NCBI GenBank assembly: GCA_012295275.1
Contig: CM022671.1
Span: 26,350,001-26,414,000 of the forward strand
Length of the DNA stretch: 64,000 nucleotides
Direction of reading: 5' to 3'
Source of the DNA: Chrysomallon squamiferum
Taxonomy: Eukaryota > Animalia > Mollusca
Shown here: piece by piece, positions 22,901-35,000 of the stretch
Position numbering within the stretch: position 1 is the stretch's first letter
Layout: each line of letters starts with the position of its first letter
Position numbers and translations under genes: made by a program
The notes under the pieces: model-generated
Database searches by the model: none
Told to the model about the DNA's origin: nothing
What the model saw: the letters and a program-made list of their open reading frames with translations, nothing else

Positions 22901-23957
22901 CAATGACCTTTGAAATAAAAAAGAACAGTGTCCTGTGAAACAAAACAGACATTTCCCTGTAACATGAAGCTGTTTCCATCTTTTCGGATCAGATGTAAAT
23001 ATCATTACAAGCAGACACCACGTGCTATCTATAATTAGTGATAGGCCTGTCTTTGGTTAATAATTTACATTAATCCACGTAAATCAACGAGGTAAAGGTC
23101 AATCACCTTTAATAAACGATTTAACCATATCACACCTTTCATTAATAACAGTAGGTCACCTTTGTATTATTCAGTGCGCTCACTGCTTTATGTGCAGAGT
23201 CTTTTTCCACAAACATGATGAAGGCAACACCCTTACTTCTGTGTTTGTCATCTCGCAATATTGTTACCCTAAAACAAAGAGAAGTAAAATGAAAATATTT
23301 ATACAAATTCTGAAATTAACTTTAAAATAGTTGTTATTGGAGGTTTTAAATCTGAAAAAGAAAAATTGTAATGGCATCTTAATTTGTATTCATAATCATT
23401 TATATAAAAAAATTATATGTTGTTTGAAATTAAATTCTTAAAATGTTTATCAAACCATTGTAACATTAATTTTAATACTGGACACATCTTTTTTATTTTT
23501 AGGAAAACAGAATATTAACGTAATGTGTAAAACAACTATGTCACATGCAGGGTACAAGCAGAAAAGATGGAATGTCAGTTGTTCATTATTTTGTTCCTAA
23601 GGACATTGCCCTTTTGCATGAAGCTATTTCCACATGCTGACAATATCAATAAATAAAATAAACTTGTTACAATGTGCCTAGGTATTTTTTAACTGCACAC
23701 TTTTCCTGTTCCACTTCATTATTAATTGAGATTCAACGGCAAAAATTATAAAATAATTTTAAAACATGCAGAACATACTTAGACAATTTATTCATATTGC
23801 CAAAGGTACATTTGAATTGTATTAACATCTTTTGAAAATCTTACTTTCCAATAGCTCCATACTTCTGGAATATCTTGTGCATGTCATTGTTGGTTAGAGA
23901 AAATGGCAGGTTGGAAACGTAGATGGTACTTTTGCTTGGTGCTAGTTTACCACTCAT
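19959..23957 (-). CDS. ZCRB1: Zinc finger CCHC-type and RNA-binding motif protein 1 (U11/U12 snRNP 31K), 205 aa, 6 coding exons
   Basis: Minus-strand exons 23957-23845, 23268-23160, 22093-21986, 21152-21058, 20417-20348, 20081-19959 total 618 nt, all GT-AG and in frame. Translation [25 protein letters not shown]...SKGVAFIMF...[19 protein letters not shown]...[11 protein letters not shown] shows an RRM plus a CCHC knuckle. Confidence 0.96.
20690..20930 (+). mobile_element. pogo/Tigger DNA transposon remnant (CENP-B/psq-type HTH fragment) in a ZCRB1 intron
   Basis: 20716-20820 reads [35 protein letters not shown], preceded by KRKH*, which fits the N-terminal HTH of Tigger/Jerky transposases. 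A TIR-like GCTGGATAAATGGTC lies near 20905-20920. Confidence 0.7.
22420..22735. repeat. ~40-bp minisatellite in ZCRB1 intron 3; also at ~27345-27750, 30220-30620, 37845-38210 and as short runs in other array units
   Basis: Unit AATTAAAACATACAGTAAGTTACACAAGTAGGA(G/T)TAAGTCACTTT repeated head-to-tail without spacers. Confidence 0.92.
22757..22822 (-). pseudogene. Degenerate partial copy of the 3' half of ZCRB1 exon 3 inside intron 3
   Basis: Minus strand TTCATTATGTCTGTGGAAAAAGAATCTGCACATAAAGCAGTG...ACAGAG|GT parallels exon 3 ([14 protein letters not shown]). It lacks the exon's 5' half and acceptor. Confidence 0.8.
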
Positions 23958-25014
23958 CACAGAAACAATTCTGTAAATATTTGTTGTTAATGAAATGTAA
24001 TCAACAATAATGAAGACAAATATGAATAAATATAATCAATTATTTTTAAATATTTAAATGCTATTTTTAATACCTGTTTAAGAAATAGTTATAATTTTAG
24101 AAATGATTTTTTAATTTTAAATATTAATAAAAATACACTTATTAATTTCTGATACATGATTTATTCAGTCTTTTTTTTTTTTTTTTTGGAAGACAACTTT
24201 AAACAAATGTATACAAAACAATTTTAATATTATTATTATTTTATTATTTTGTTTTAAAGGTTTTTAGGCCCTTTGATATTTTAATTTATAGGACTAACTA
24301 TAACTGATTAATTAAGTCAAAGTATTTATAAAAATGTTCACTGAAAATCTGTGATTAAGTAAGATGTTGGATGTACAAATAAACTAAAAAATTCGTTCGC
24401 ATGGAAATTAATTACAAGTGATAATACAAACATTAATTATAAATTATTTTAGTTGAAGTTATAACCATAGATGCAAGTAGCTTAGCAGCTTATGAATTCT
24501 CTTAACACAATATAAAAATATATCATATTAAAGATCAGATATACTAATCAACTATAAATATAATAACAAATCTGGTGGCATGGAAACTAAATAGAAAAAA
24601 TAACAGAAAATTCTCTTGGTTACAAGAAAATTGATACAGAAAGCTTAACAACCATTAGTCTGGCATAAAAACCTTGCTGTCATCTATTTGTGAAGAAATT
24701 TTTTATGAAAATGTTATTCGATGAATGTTTTAGCAAACATTTTCAATATGGATTGATTAAGATTATGGAAATAGGATAAATAATACACATTAATTCAAAA
24801 ACTGAAACACTAAAATAAATATGTTTCTCAATTATTCTGTTTTATTATGTAATCAAATTTTTATCAGTATCTTATATATAATATAGATTAGATGTTGAGA
24901 AATATATCGCCTTTAAAAACACTTCAGCTTTTTAATTTTTGAAGTGCATACCATAATTACACGGCTGTTTTCCACCCTTGCTTCATCATTTATAAGGTGC
25001 GTGCATGTGAGTGT

Positions 25015-25023
25015 ATGTGTGTG

Positions 25024-25085
<62 letters not shown>
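25015..25085. repeat. (TG)n(AG)n microsatellite (duplicate at ~41474-41555)
   Basis: Visible dinucleotide runs in both copies of the duplication. Confidence 0.93.
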
Positions 25086-25088
<3 letters not shown>

Positions 25089-25449
25089 AATTAATATTCA
25101 ATTCTGACCCATTAAATTGACGAGTATTCCAGTGGAATTTTGCTAGGTCGCCGAGATTAAATTTTACTATTTGAAAACATATTCATATATATTTACATAT
25201 TCAAATTCTAAACATAAAAAAGATATGTAATCTTCGATGTGTCTCACGTTTGGACATTTTTATTAGTCTCAGTTCACAGTCACGTATTTCTGACGATTAA
25301 GAAATTCAATATCTCAAACACAGCTTTTGTTTGTACGGGATTTCCATCAACAATAATGTGCGCACCAACAAATACAAACAATACTGCAAAGTATAGGGGA
25401 AAACCCCACAAAAAAATTAAGTAACGATGCAAGCACCCAGTTATTCATA

Positions 25450-25627
25450 CAGATTGAGAATCCTTTATCCGAAATCCTGGGGATACTGGAATATATGGAG
25501 ATAGTCTGCGAACAGGATCTAAGTCTAAATACGAATTCTGTTTATATTTCATATACAACTCATACAAATTCATTACAAACAGTCTACAATATTTAAATAT
25601 TTTTGAGGATAACGGATCCTCAATCTG
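25450..25627. mobile_element. Tigger-like MITE with TA target-site duplication (second copy ~41660-41846)
   Basis: TA|CAGATTGAGAATCC ... GGATCCTCAATCTG|TA terminal inverted repeats. The start resembles Tigger4/MER46-type ends (CAGGTTGAGTATCCCTTATCCGAAA). Confidence 0.8.
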
Positions 25628-26039
25628 TATTGTTAATTTGTACTTACTATTATTAAATTAGTGGTAATAAACATCTTTATTGTCTCTAGAAAGTACCGCA
25701 AAGAAACGTTAATGTATATCACAAATTTTATGACAATTCTTCTCTTTTTTTTCATCACTGTATTTCACATGTGTTGAAATAACAATAATGTCTGATCAGA
25801 CAAAATGCTGTGGGATTAATGTGTAAGAAAATATTAATTTTCTAGAATCAATAATCTGCATGTTTTTGTTTCACTGCTTGGAAATAATAATAAAAAAAAT
25901 TAAAAATATGTATTATTATTATCATTTTAAATTTATTAATCTGTTTGTTTATTTATTTATTTATTTTTAGAAATGTGTTTATCTTGTTTGGCTTATGGTA
26001 TTGAATAACTTGTTTTTTGTATATCAGTCGTACCAGTGC

Positions 26040-29000
26040 CATGACAGTCTGTTAATTTCTATTTTATATTAAGTTATAGGATACATAATAAATAATTTTA
26101 TCATTCAAAATGTATGAAAAATAATTTTTCATTTAAAAAAATGGATTGCACATGCTATTAATTGTAACCAAGATAAATAAAATATATTACAGATACTGGA
26201 CCAATTATCCAGCGTCCTGAAATCCAGAAAAACAGAAGTTTTTTCCTCGATACTGTTTTCATAGTTTGCGTGCACAGGTGTTGTCCTCATCAGACAGGAA
26301 CAACTCTTTCAAGCCGTGTGGTGTTCATTCACTAACCGCATAATTTACATGTCGAGTCGCCACAGTTGTGTATTGTCAGTTTTCTTTATGTTTTTAATTT
26401 TAAAATGTTTGTGCCTAATTATTTACATATTTTTAGATGCCTTGGTACCAGAAAACCAGAAAATCCAGAAATTCAGAATGTCTCAGGACCCAAGGAGTCC
26501 AAATAATTGCTGATGTCAATACATAAATAATAACTGGTTATTTGTTCTAAAATGAAAATGGCTATTAATAGATTATAGCAACTTACTGCACTTGCTCTCT
26601 ATATATTTATTCATAATTAAAAATGTTGATTTTGCTATTTAGTAATTGTTATTGGTGATGTTGCTGCTTTTGCTGCTATTGTTGTTATAAATGAAACCCA
26701 TCACAGATGGTTAGAATTCACACAATTATCAATAAATGATGCCGAATGATCAGATATGCAAAGACAGTAATGATAACTCACAGAACCCAGCTACAAATAA
26801 CTCAACAATTATTACCAGTCTTTCAACAGGTTAAAATAAATACAGACTTTATGTCCCCATGTATAACAATGTTTAAAAAAAAGGGAAAACAGATTAATTA
26901 AAAACAGACAATGATAAAAATATTTAATAAAAAATAATTCATACTCCACATTCATAGCATTTGCTTTTGTCTTTGTAAACTTTCTTCTTGATAAATTCTG
27001 TTGTTCTTCCATTGTTTTTAGCAATACTACAGAGAATTGTTCTTTCAAACATCCACAAAATGTAAAAAAAAGAAAAGAATTTGAACAACAAACATTTAAT
27101 TTTAAATATATAATATTAATACCGAATAAAAGAACCATGTCACATGCTGAGTACAAACAGAAAAGATGGAAGTTCAGTTATGTAATATTTTGCTTCTAAG
27201 GACGTTGCCCTTTAGCAGTGACATCTGAATAACATTAACTGCTGACAGTAGTCCTAAATTCCGGCAAATAATAACTAATGATAAACCTTTCATGGAATGA
27301 TAATTTACCTTAATTCACTTTAATTAATGACCAGCATTAAATCACTTTTAATTAAAGACATACAGTAAGTTACACAAGTAGGAGTAAATCACTTTTAATT
27401 AAAGACATATAGTAAGTTACACAAGTAGGAGTAAGTCATTTTAATTAAAACATACAGTAAGTTAAACAAGCAGGATTAAGTCACTTTTAATTAAAGACAT
27501 ACAGTAAGTTAAACAAGTAGGAGTAATTAAAGACTTATGATAAACTACTTAAGTACAAGTAAGTCACTTTTAATTAAAGACTTATGATAAACTACTTAAG
27601 TACAAGTAAGTCACTTTTAATTCAGACATACAGTAAGTTAAACAAGTAGGAGTAATTAAAGACTTATGATAAACTACTTAAGTACAAGTAAGTCACTTTT
27701 AATTAAAACATACAGTAAGTTAAACAAGTAGGAGTAAGTCATTTTAATTAAAAACAATTTTTTAATTGACAGTTTATTAATTTCTATATTATATTAAGTT
27801 ATAGGGTACATAATAAATAATTTTATCATTCAAAATGTATGAAAAATAATTTTATATATAAAAAATGGATTGCACATACTATTAATTGTAACCAATATAA
27901 ATAAAATATATTACAGATACTGGACCAATTATCCAGTGTCCCGAAATCCAGAAAGACCAGAAAACCAGAAATATTTTTCCTCGATGCTATGTTCATAGTT
28001 CGCGCGCACAGGTATTGTTCTCATCACACCGGAACAACTCTTTCAAACCATGTGGCGTTCATTCACTTGCTGAATTGTTTACATGTTGAGTCGCCACAGT
28101 TGTGTATCGTCAGTTTTCTTTATGTTTTTAATTTTAAAATGTTTGTGCCTAATTATTTACGTATTTAGATGCCTTGGCACCAGACAACCAGAAAATCCAG
28201 AAATTCAGAATGCCACAGGACCCAAGGAGTCCAGATAATTGGTCTGGTACCTTTATGTGTTTGTGCTGATGTCAATAGATAAATAATAACTGGTTATTTG
28301 TTCTAAAATGAAAATGTCTATTAATAGATTATAGCAACATACTGCACTTGCTCTCTATATATTTATTCATAATTAAAAATGTTGATTTTGCTATTTATTT
28401 ATTGTTATTGTTGATGTTGCTGCTTTTGCTGCTATCGTTGTTATAAACGAAACCTATCACAATTAGAATTCACACAACTATCAATGAATGATGCTGAATG
28501 ATCAGATATGCAGAGACAGTAATGGTAACTCACAGAACCCAGCTACTGATAATTCAACAATTATTACCAGTCTTTCTCTCTGTAATTAAATTATTTATTT
28601 CAACAGGTTAAAATAAATACAGACTTTATGTCCCCATGTATAACAATGGTTAAAAAAAGGGGAAAACAGGTTAATTAAAAACAGACAATGATAAAAATAT
28701 TTAATAAAACATAATTCATACTCCACATTCATAGCATTTGCTTTTCTTTGTAAACTATCTTCTTGATAAATTCTGTTGTTCCTCCATTGTCTTTAGCAAT
28801 ACTACAGCGAATTGTTCTTTCAAACATCCACAAAATGTAAAAACTAAAAAAAACTTGAACAACAAACATTTAATTTTAAATATATAATATTAATACTGAA
28901 TAAAAGAACCAAGCCACATGCTGAGTACAAACAGAAAAGATGGAAGTACAGTTATGCATTATTTTGCTTCTAAGGACATTGCCCTTTAGGATAATGTTTT

Positions 29001-32000
29001 TTCCACCTATTCTAGTGAGATCTGAATAACATTAACTGCTGACGGTAGTCCTAAGTTCCGGCAAATAAAAACTATTGATAAACCTTTCACTGAATAATAA
29101 TTTACCTTAATTCACTTTAACTAATGACCAGCATTAAATCACCTTTAATTAGAGACATACAGTAAGTTACACAAGTAGGAGTAAGTCACTTTTAATTAAA
29201 ACATACAGTATGTTAAACAATTATTTACGTATTTAGATGCCTTGGCACCAGACAACCAGAAAATCCAGAAATTCAGAATGCCTCAGGACCCAAGGAGTCC
29301 AGATAATTGGTCTGGTACCTTTATGTGTTTGTGCTGATGTCAATAGATAAATAATAACTGGTTATTTGTTCTAAAATGAAAATGTCTATTAATAGATTAT
29401 AGCAACATACTGCACTTGCTCTCTATATATTTATTCATAATTAAAAATGTTGATTTTGCTATTTATTTATTGTTATTGTTGATGTTGCTGCTTTTGCTGC
29501 TATCGTTGCTATAAATGAAACCTATCACAATTAGAATTCACACAACTATCAATGAATGATGCTGAATGATCAGATATGCAGAGACAGTAATGGTAACTCA
29601 CAGAACCCAGCTACTGATAATTCAGCAATTATTACCAGTCTTTCTCTCTGTAATTAAATTATTTATTTCAACAGGTTAAAATAAATACAGACTTTATGTC
29701 CCCATGTATAATAATGGTTAAAAAAAGGGGAAAACAGGTTAATTAAAAACAGACAATGACAAAAATATTTAATAAAACATAATTCATACTCCACATTCAT
29801 AGCATTTGCTTTTCTTTGTAAACTATCTTCTTGATAAATTCTGTTGTTCCTCCATTGTCTTTAGCAATACTACAGCGAATTGTTCTTTCAAACATCCACA
29901 AAATGTAAAAACTAAAAAAAACTTGAACAACAAACATTTAATTTTAAATATATAATATTAATACTGAATAAAAGAACCAAGCCACATGCTGCGTACAAAC
30001 AGAAAAGATGGAAGTACAGTTATGCATTATTTTGCTTCTAAGGACATTGCCCTTTAGGATAATGTTTTTTCCACCTATTCTAGTGAGATCTGAATAACAT
30101 TAACTGCTGACGGTAGTCCTAAATTCCTGCAAATAATAACTAATGATAAACCTTTCACTGAATAATAATTTACCTTAATTCACTTTAACTAATGACCAGC
30201 ATTAAATCACCTTTAATTAGAGACATACAGTAAGTTTAAATCAAGTCACTTTTAATTTACAGTAAGTTACACAAGTAGGATTAAGTCACTTTAATTAAAA
30301 CATACAGTAAGTTACACAAGTAGGAGTAAGTCATTTTAATTAAAACATACAGTAAGTTAAACAAGCAGGATTAAGTCACTTTTAATTAAAGACATACAGT
30401 AAGTTAAACAAGTAGGAGTAATTAAAGACTTATGATAAACTACTTAAGTACAAGTAAGTCACTTTTAATTAAAGACTTATGATAAACTTTTACAAGTAAG
30501 TCACTTTTAATTCAGACATACAGTAAGTTAAACAAGTAGGAGTAATTAAAGACTTATGATAAACTAATAAAACTTTTAATTAAAAAATACAGTAAGTTAA
30601 ACAATTAGGAGTAAAATTTTAATTAAAAACAATTTTTTAATTGACAAAATTTCTATATTATATTTTAGGGTACATAATATAATTTTAAAAAATGTATGAA
30701 AAATAATTTTATATATAAAAATGGATTGCACATACTATTAATTGTAACCAATATAAATAAAATATATTACAGATACTGGACCAATTATCCAGTGTCCTGA
30801 AATCCAGAAAGACCAGAAAACCAGAAATATTTTTCCTCGATGCTATGTTCATAGTTCGCGCACAGGTATTGTTCCTCATCAGACCGGAACAACTCTTTCA
30901 AACCATGTGGCGTTCATTCACTTGCTGAATTGTTTACATGTTGAGTCGCCACAGTTGTGTATTGTCAGTTTTCTTTATGTTTTTAATTTTAAAATGTTTG
31001 TGCCTAATTATTTACGTATTTAGATGCCTTGGCACCAGACAACCAGAAAATCCAGAAATTCAGAATGCCACAGGACCCAAGGAGTCCAGATAATTGGTCT
31101 GGTACCTTTATGTGTTTGTGCTGATGTCAATAGATAAATAATAACTGGTTATTTTTCTAAAATGAAAATGTCTATTAATAGATTATAGCAACATACTGCA
31201 CTTGCTCTCTATATATTTATTCATAATTAAAAATGTTGATTTTGCTATTTATTTATTGTTATTGTTGATGTTGCTGCTTTTGCTGCTATCGTTGTTATAA
31301 ATGAAACCTATCACAATTAGAATTCACACAACTATCAATGAATGATGCTGAATGATCAGATATGCAGAGACAGTAATGGTAACTCACAGAACCCAGCTAC
31401 TGATAATTCAACAATTATTACCAGTCTTTCGTTCGCTAAATAAATTATTTATTTCAACAGGTTAAAATAAATACAGACTTTATGTCCCCATGTATAACAA
31501 TGGTTAAAAAAAGGGGAAAACAGGTTAATTAAAAACAGACAATGACAAAAATATTTAATAAAACATAATTCATACTCCACATTCATAGCATTTGCTTTTC
31601 TTTGTAAACTATCTTCTTGATAAATTCTGTTGTTCCTCCATTGTCTTTAGCAATACTACAGCGAATTGTTCTTTCAAACATCCACAAAATGTAAAAACTA
31701 AAAAAAACTTGAACAACAAACATTTAATTTTAAATATATAATATTAATACTGAATAAAAGAACCAAGCCACATGCTGAGTACAAACAGAAAAGATGGAAG
31801 TACAGTTATGCATTATTTTGCTTCTAAGGACATTGCCCTTTAGGATAATGTTTTTTCCACCTATTCTAGTGAGATTTGAATAACATTAACTGCTGACAGC
31901 AGTCCTAAATTCCGGCAAATAATAACTAATGATAAACCTTTCACTGAATAATAATTTACCTTAATTCACTTTAACTAATGACCAGCATTAAATCACCTTT

Positions 32001-35000
32001 AATTAGAGACATACAGTAAGTTACACAAGTAGGAGTAAGTCACTTTTAATTAAAACATACAGTATGTTAAACAAGCAGGATTAAGTCATTTTAATTAAAG
32101 ACAGTTTTTTAATTGACAGTCTATTAATTTCTGTTTTATATTAAGTTATAAGGTACATAATAAATAATAATATCATTCAAAATGTATGAAAAATAATTTT
32201 GCATTTAAAAAATGACAACACATGCTATTAATTGTAACCTTTAATTACAGATACTGGACCAATTATCCAGCGTCCTGAAATCCAGAGAACCAGAAGTTTC
32301 ATAGTTCGCGCGCACAGGTGTTGTCCTCATCAGACCGGAACAACTCTTTCAAACCATGTGGCGTTCATTCACTTGCTGAATTGTTTACATGTCGAGTCGC
32401 CACAGTTGTGTATTGTCAGTTTTCTTTATGTTTTTAATTTTAAAATGTTTGTGCCTAATTATTTACGTATTTAGATGCCTTGGCACCAGAAAACCAGAAA
32501 ATCCAGAAATTCAGAATGCCTCAGGACCCAAGGAGTCCAGATAATTGGTCCGGTACCGTTATGTGTTTGTGCTGATGTCAACAGATAAATAATAACTGGT
32601 TATTTTTTCTAGAATGAAAATGGCTATTAATAGATTATAGCAACATACTGCACTTGCTCTCTATATATTTATTCATAATTAAAAATGTTGATTTTGCTAT
32701 TTATTTATTGTTATTGTTGATGTTGCTGCTTTTGCTGCTATCGTTGTTATAAATGAAACCTATCACAATTAGAATTCACACAACTATCAATGAATGATGC
32801 TGAATGATCAGATATGCAGAGACAGTAATGGTAACTCACAGAACCCAGCTACTGATAATTCAACAATTATTACCAGTCTTTCGTTCGCTAAATAAATTAT
32901 TTATTTCAACAGGTTAAAATAAATACAGACTTTATGTCCCCATGTATAACAATGGTTAAAAAAAGGGGAAAACAGGTTAATTAAAAACAGACAATGACAA
33001 AAATATTTAATAAAACATAATTCATACTCCACATTCATAGCATTTGCTTTTCTTTGTAAACTATCTTCTTGATAAATTCTGTTGTTCCTCCATTGTCTTT
33101 AGCAATACTACAGCGAATTGTTCTTTCAAACATCCACAAAATGTAAAAACTAAAAAAAACTTGAACAACAAACATTTAATTTTAAATATATAATATTAAT
33201 ACTGAATAAAAGAACCAAGCCACATGCTGAGTACAAACAGAAAAGATGGAAGTACAGTTATGCATTATTTTGCTTCTAAGGACATTGCCCTTTAGGATAA
33301 TGTTTTTTCCACCTATTCTAGTGAGATTTGAATAACATTAACTGCTGACAGCAGTCCTAAATTCCGGCAAATAATAACTAATGATAAACCTTTCACTGAA
33401 TAATAATTTACCTTAATTCACTTTAACTAATGACCAGCATTAAATCACCTTTATTTAGAGACATACATTTAGAGTTACACAAGTAGGAGTAAGTCACTTT
33501 TAATTAAAACATACAGTATGTTAAACAAGCAGGATTAAGTCATTTTAATTAAAGACAGTTTTTTAATTGACAGTCTATTAATTTCTGTTTTATATTAAGT
33601 TATAAGGTACATAATAAATAATAATATCATTCAAAATGTATGAAAAATAATTTTGCATTTAAAAAAATGGATTGCACATGCTATTAATTGTAACCAAGAT
33701 AAATAAAGTATATTACAGATACTGGACCAATTATCCAGCGTCCTGAAATCCAGAGAACCAGAAGTTTCATAGTTCGCGCGCACAGGTGTTGTCCTCATCA
33801 GACCGGAACAACTCTTTCAAACCATGTGGCGTTCATTCACTTGCTGAATTGTTTACATGTCGAGTCGCCACAGTTGTGTATTGTCAGTTTTCTTTATATT
33901 TTTAATTTTAAAATGTTTGTTCCTAATTATTTACGTATTTAGATGCCTTGGCACCAGAAAACCAGAAAATCCAGAAATTCAGAATGCCTCAGGACCCAAG
34001 GAGTCCAGATAATTGGTCTGGTACCTTTATGTGTTTGTGCTGATGTCAATAGATAAATAATAACTGGTTATTTGTTCTAAAATGAAAATGTCTATTAATA
34101 GATTATAGCAACATACTGCACTTGCTCTCTATATATTTATTCATAATTAAAAATGTTGATTTTGCTATTTATTTATTGTTATTGTTGATGTTGCTGCTTT
34201 TGCTGCTATCGTTGTTATAAATGAAACCTATCACAATTAGAATTCACACAACTATCAATGAATGATGCTGAATGATCAGATATGCAGAGACAGTAATGGT
34301 AACTCACAGAACCCAGCTACTGATAATTCAGCAATTATTACCAGTCTTTCTCTCTGTAATTAAATTATTTATTTCAACAGGTTAAAATAAATACAGACTT
34401 TATGTCCCCATGTATAACAATGGTTAAAAAAAGGGGAAAACAGGTTAATTAAAAACAGACAATGATAAAAATATTTAATAAAACATAATTCATACTCCAC
34501 ATTCATAGCATTTGCTTTTCTTTGTAAACTATCTTCTTGATAAATTCTGTTGTTCCTCCATTGTCTTTAGCAATACTACAGCGAATTGTTCTTTCAAACA
34601 TCCACAAAATGTAAAAACTAAAAAAAACTTGAGCAACAAACATTTAATTTTAAATATATAATATTAATACTGAATAAAAGAACCAAGCCACATGCTGAGT
34701 ACAAACAGAAAAGATGGAAGTACAGTTATGCATTATTTTGCTTCTAAGGACATTGCCCTTTAGGATAATGTTTTTTCCACCTATTCTAGTGAGATCTGAA
34801 TAACATTAACTACTAACAGAAGTCCTAAATTCCGGCAAATAATAACTAATGATAAACCTTTCACTGAATAATAATTTACCTTAATTCACTTTAACTAATG
34901 ACCAGCATTAAATCACCTTTAATTAGAGACATACAGTAAGTTACACAAGTAGGAGTAAGTCACTTTTAATTAAAACATACAGTATGTTAAACAAGCAGGA

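Noticed and set aside
22835-23135. Telomerase RNA or U17/snR30
   Set aside because: No CCCTAA-type template and no AUAUUCCUA/AAACCAU motifs were found.
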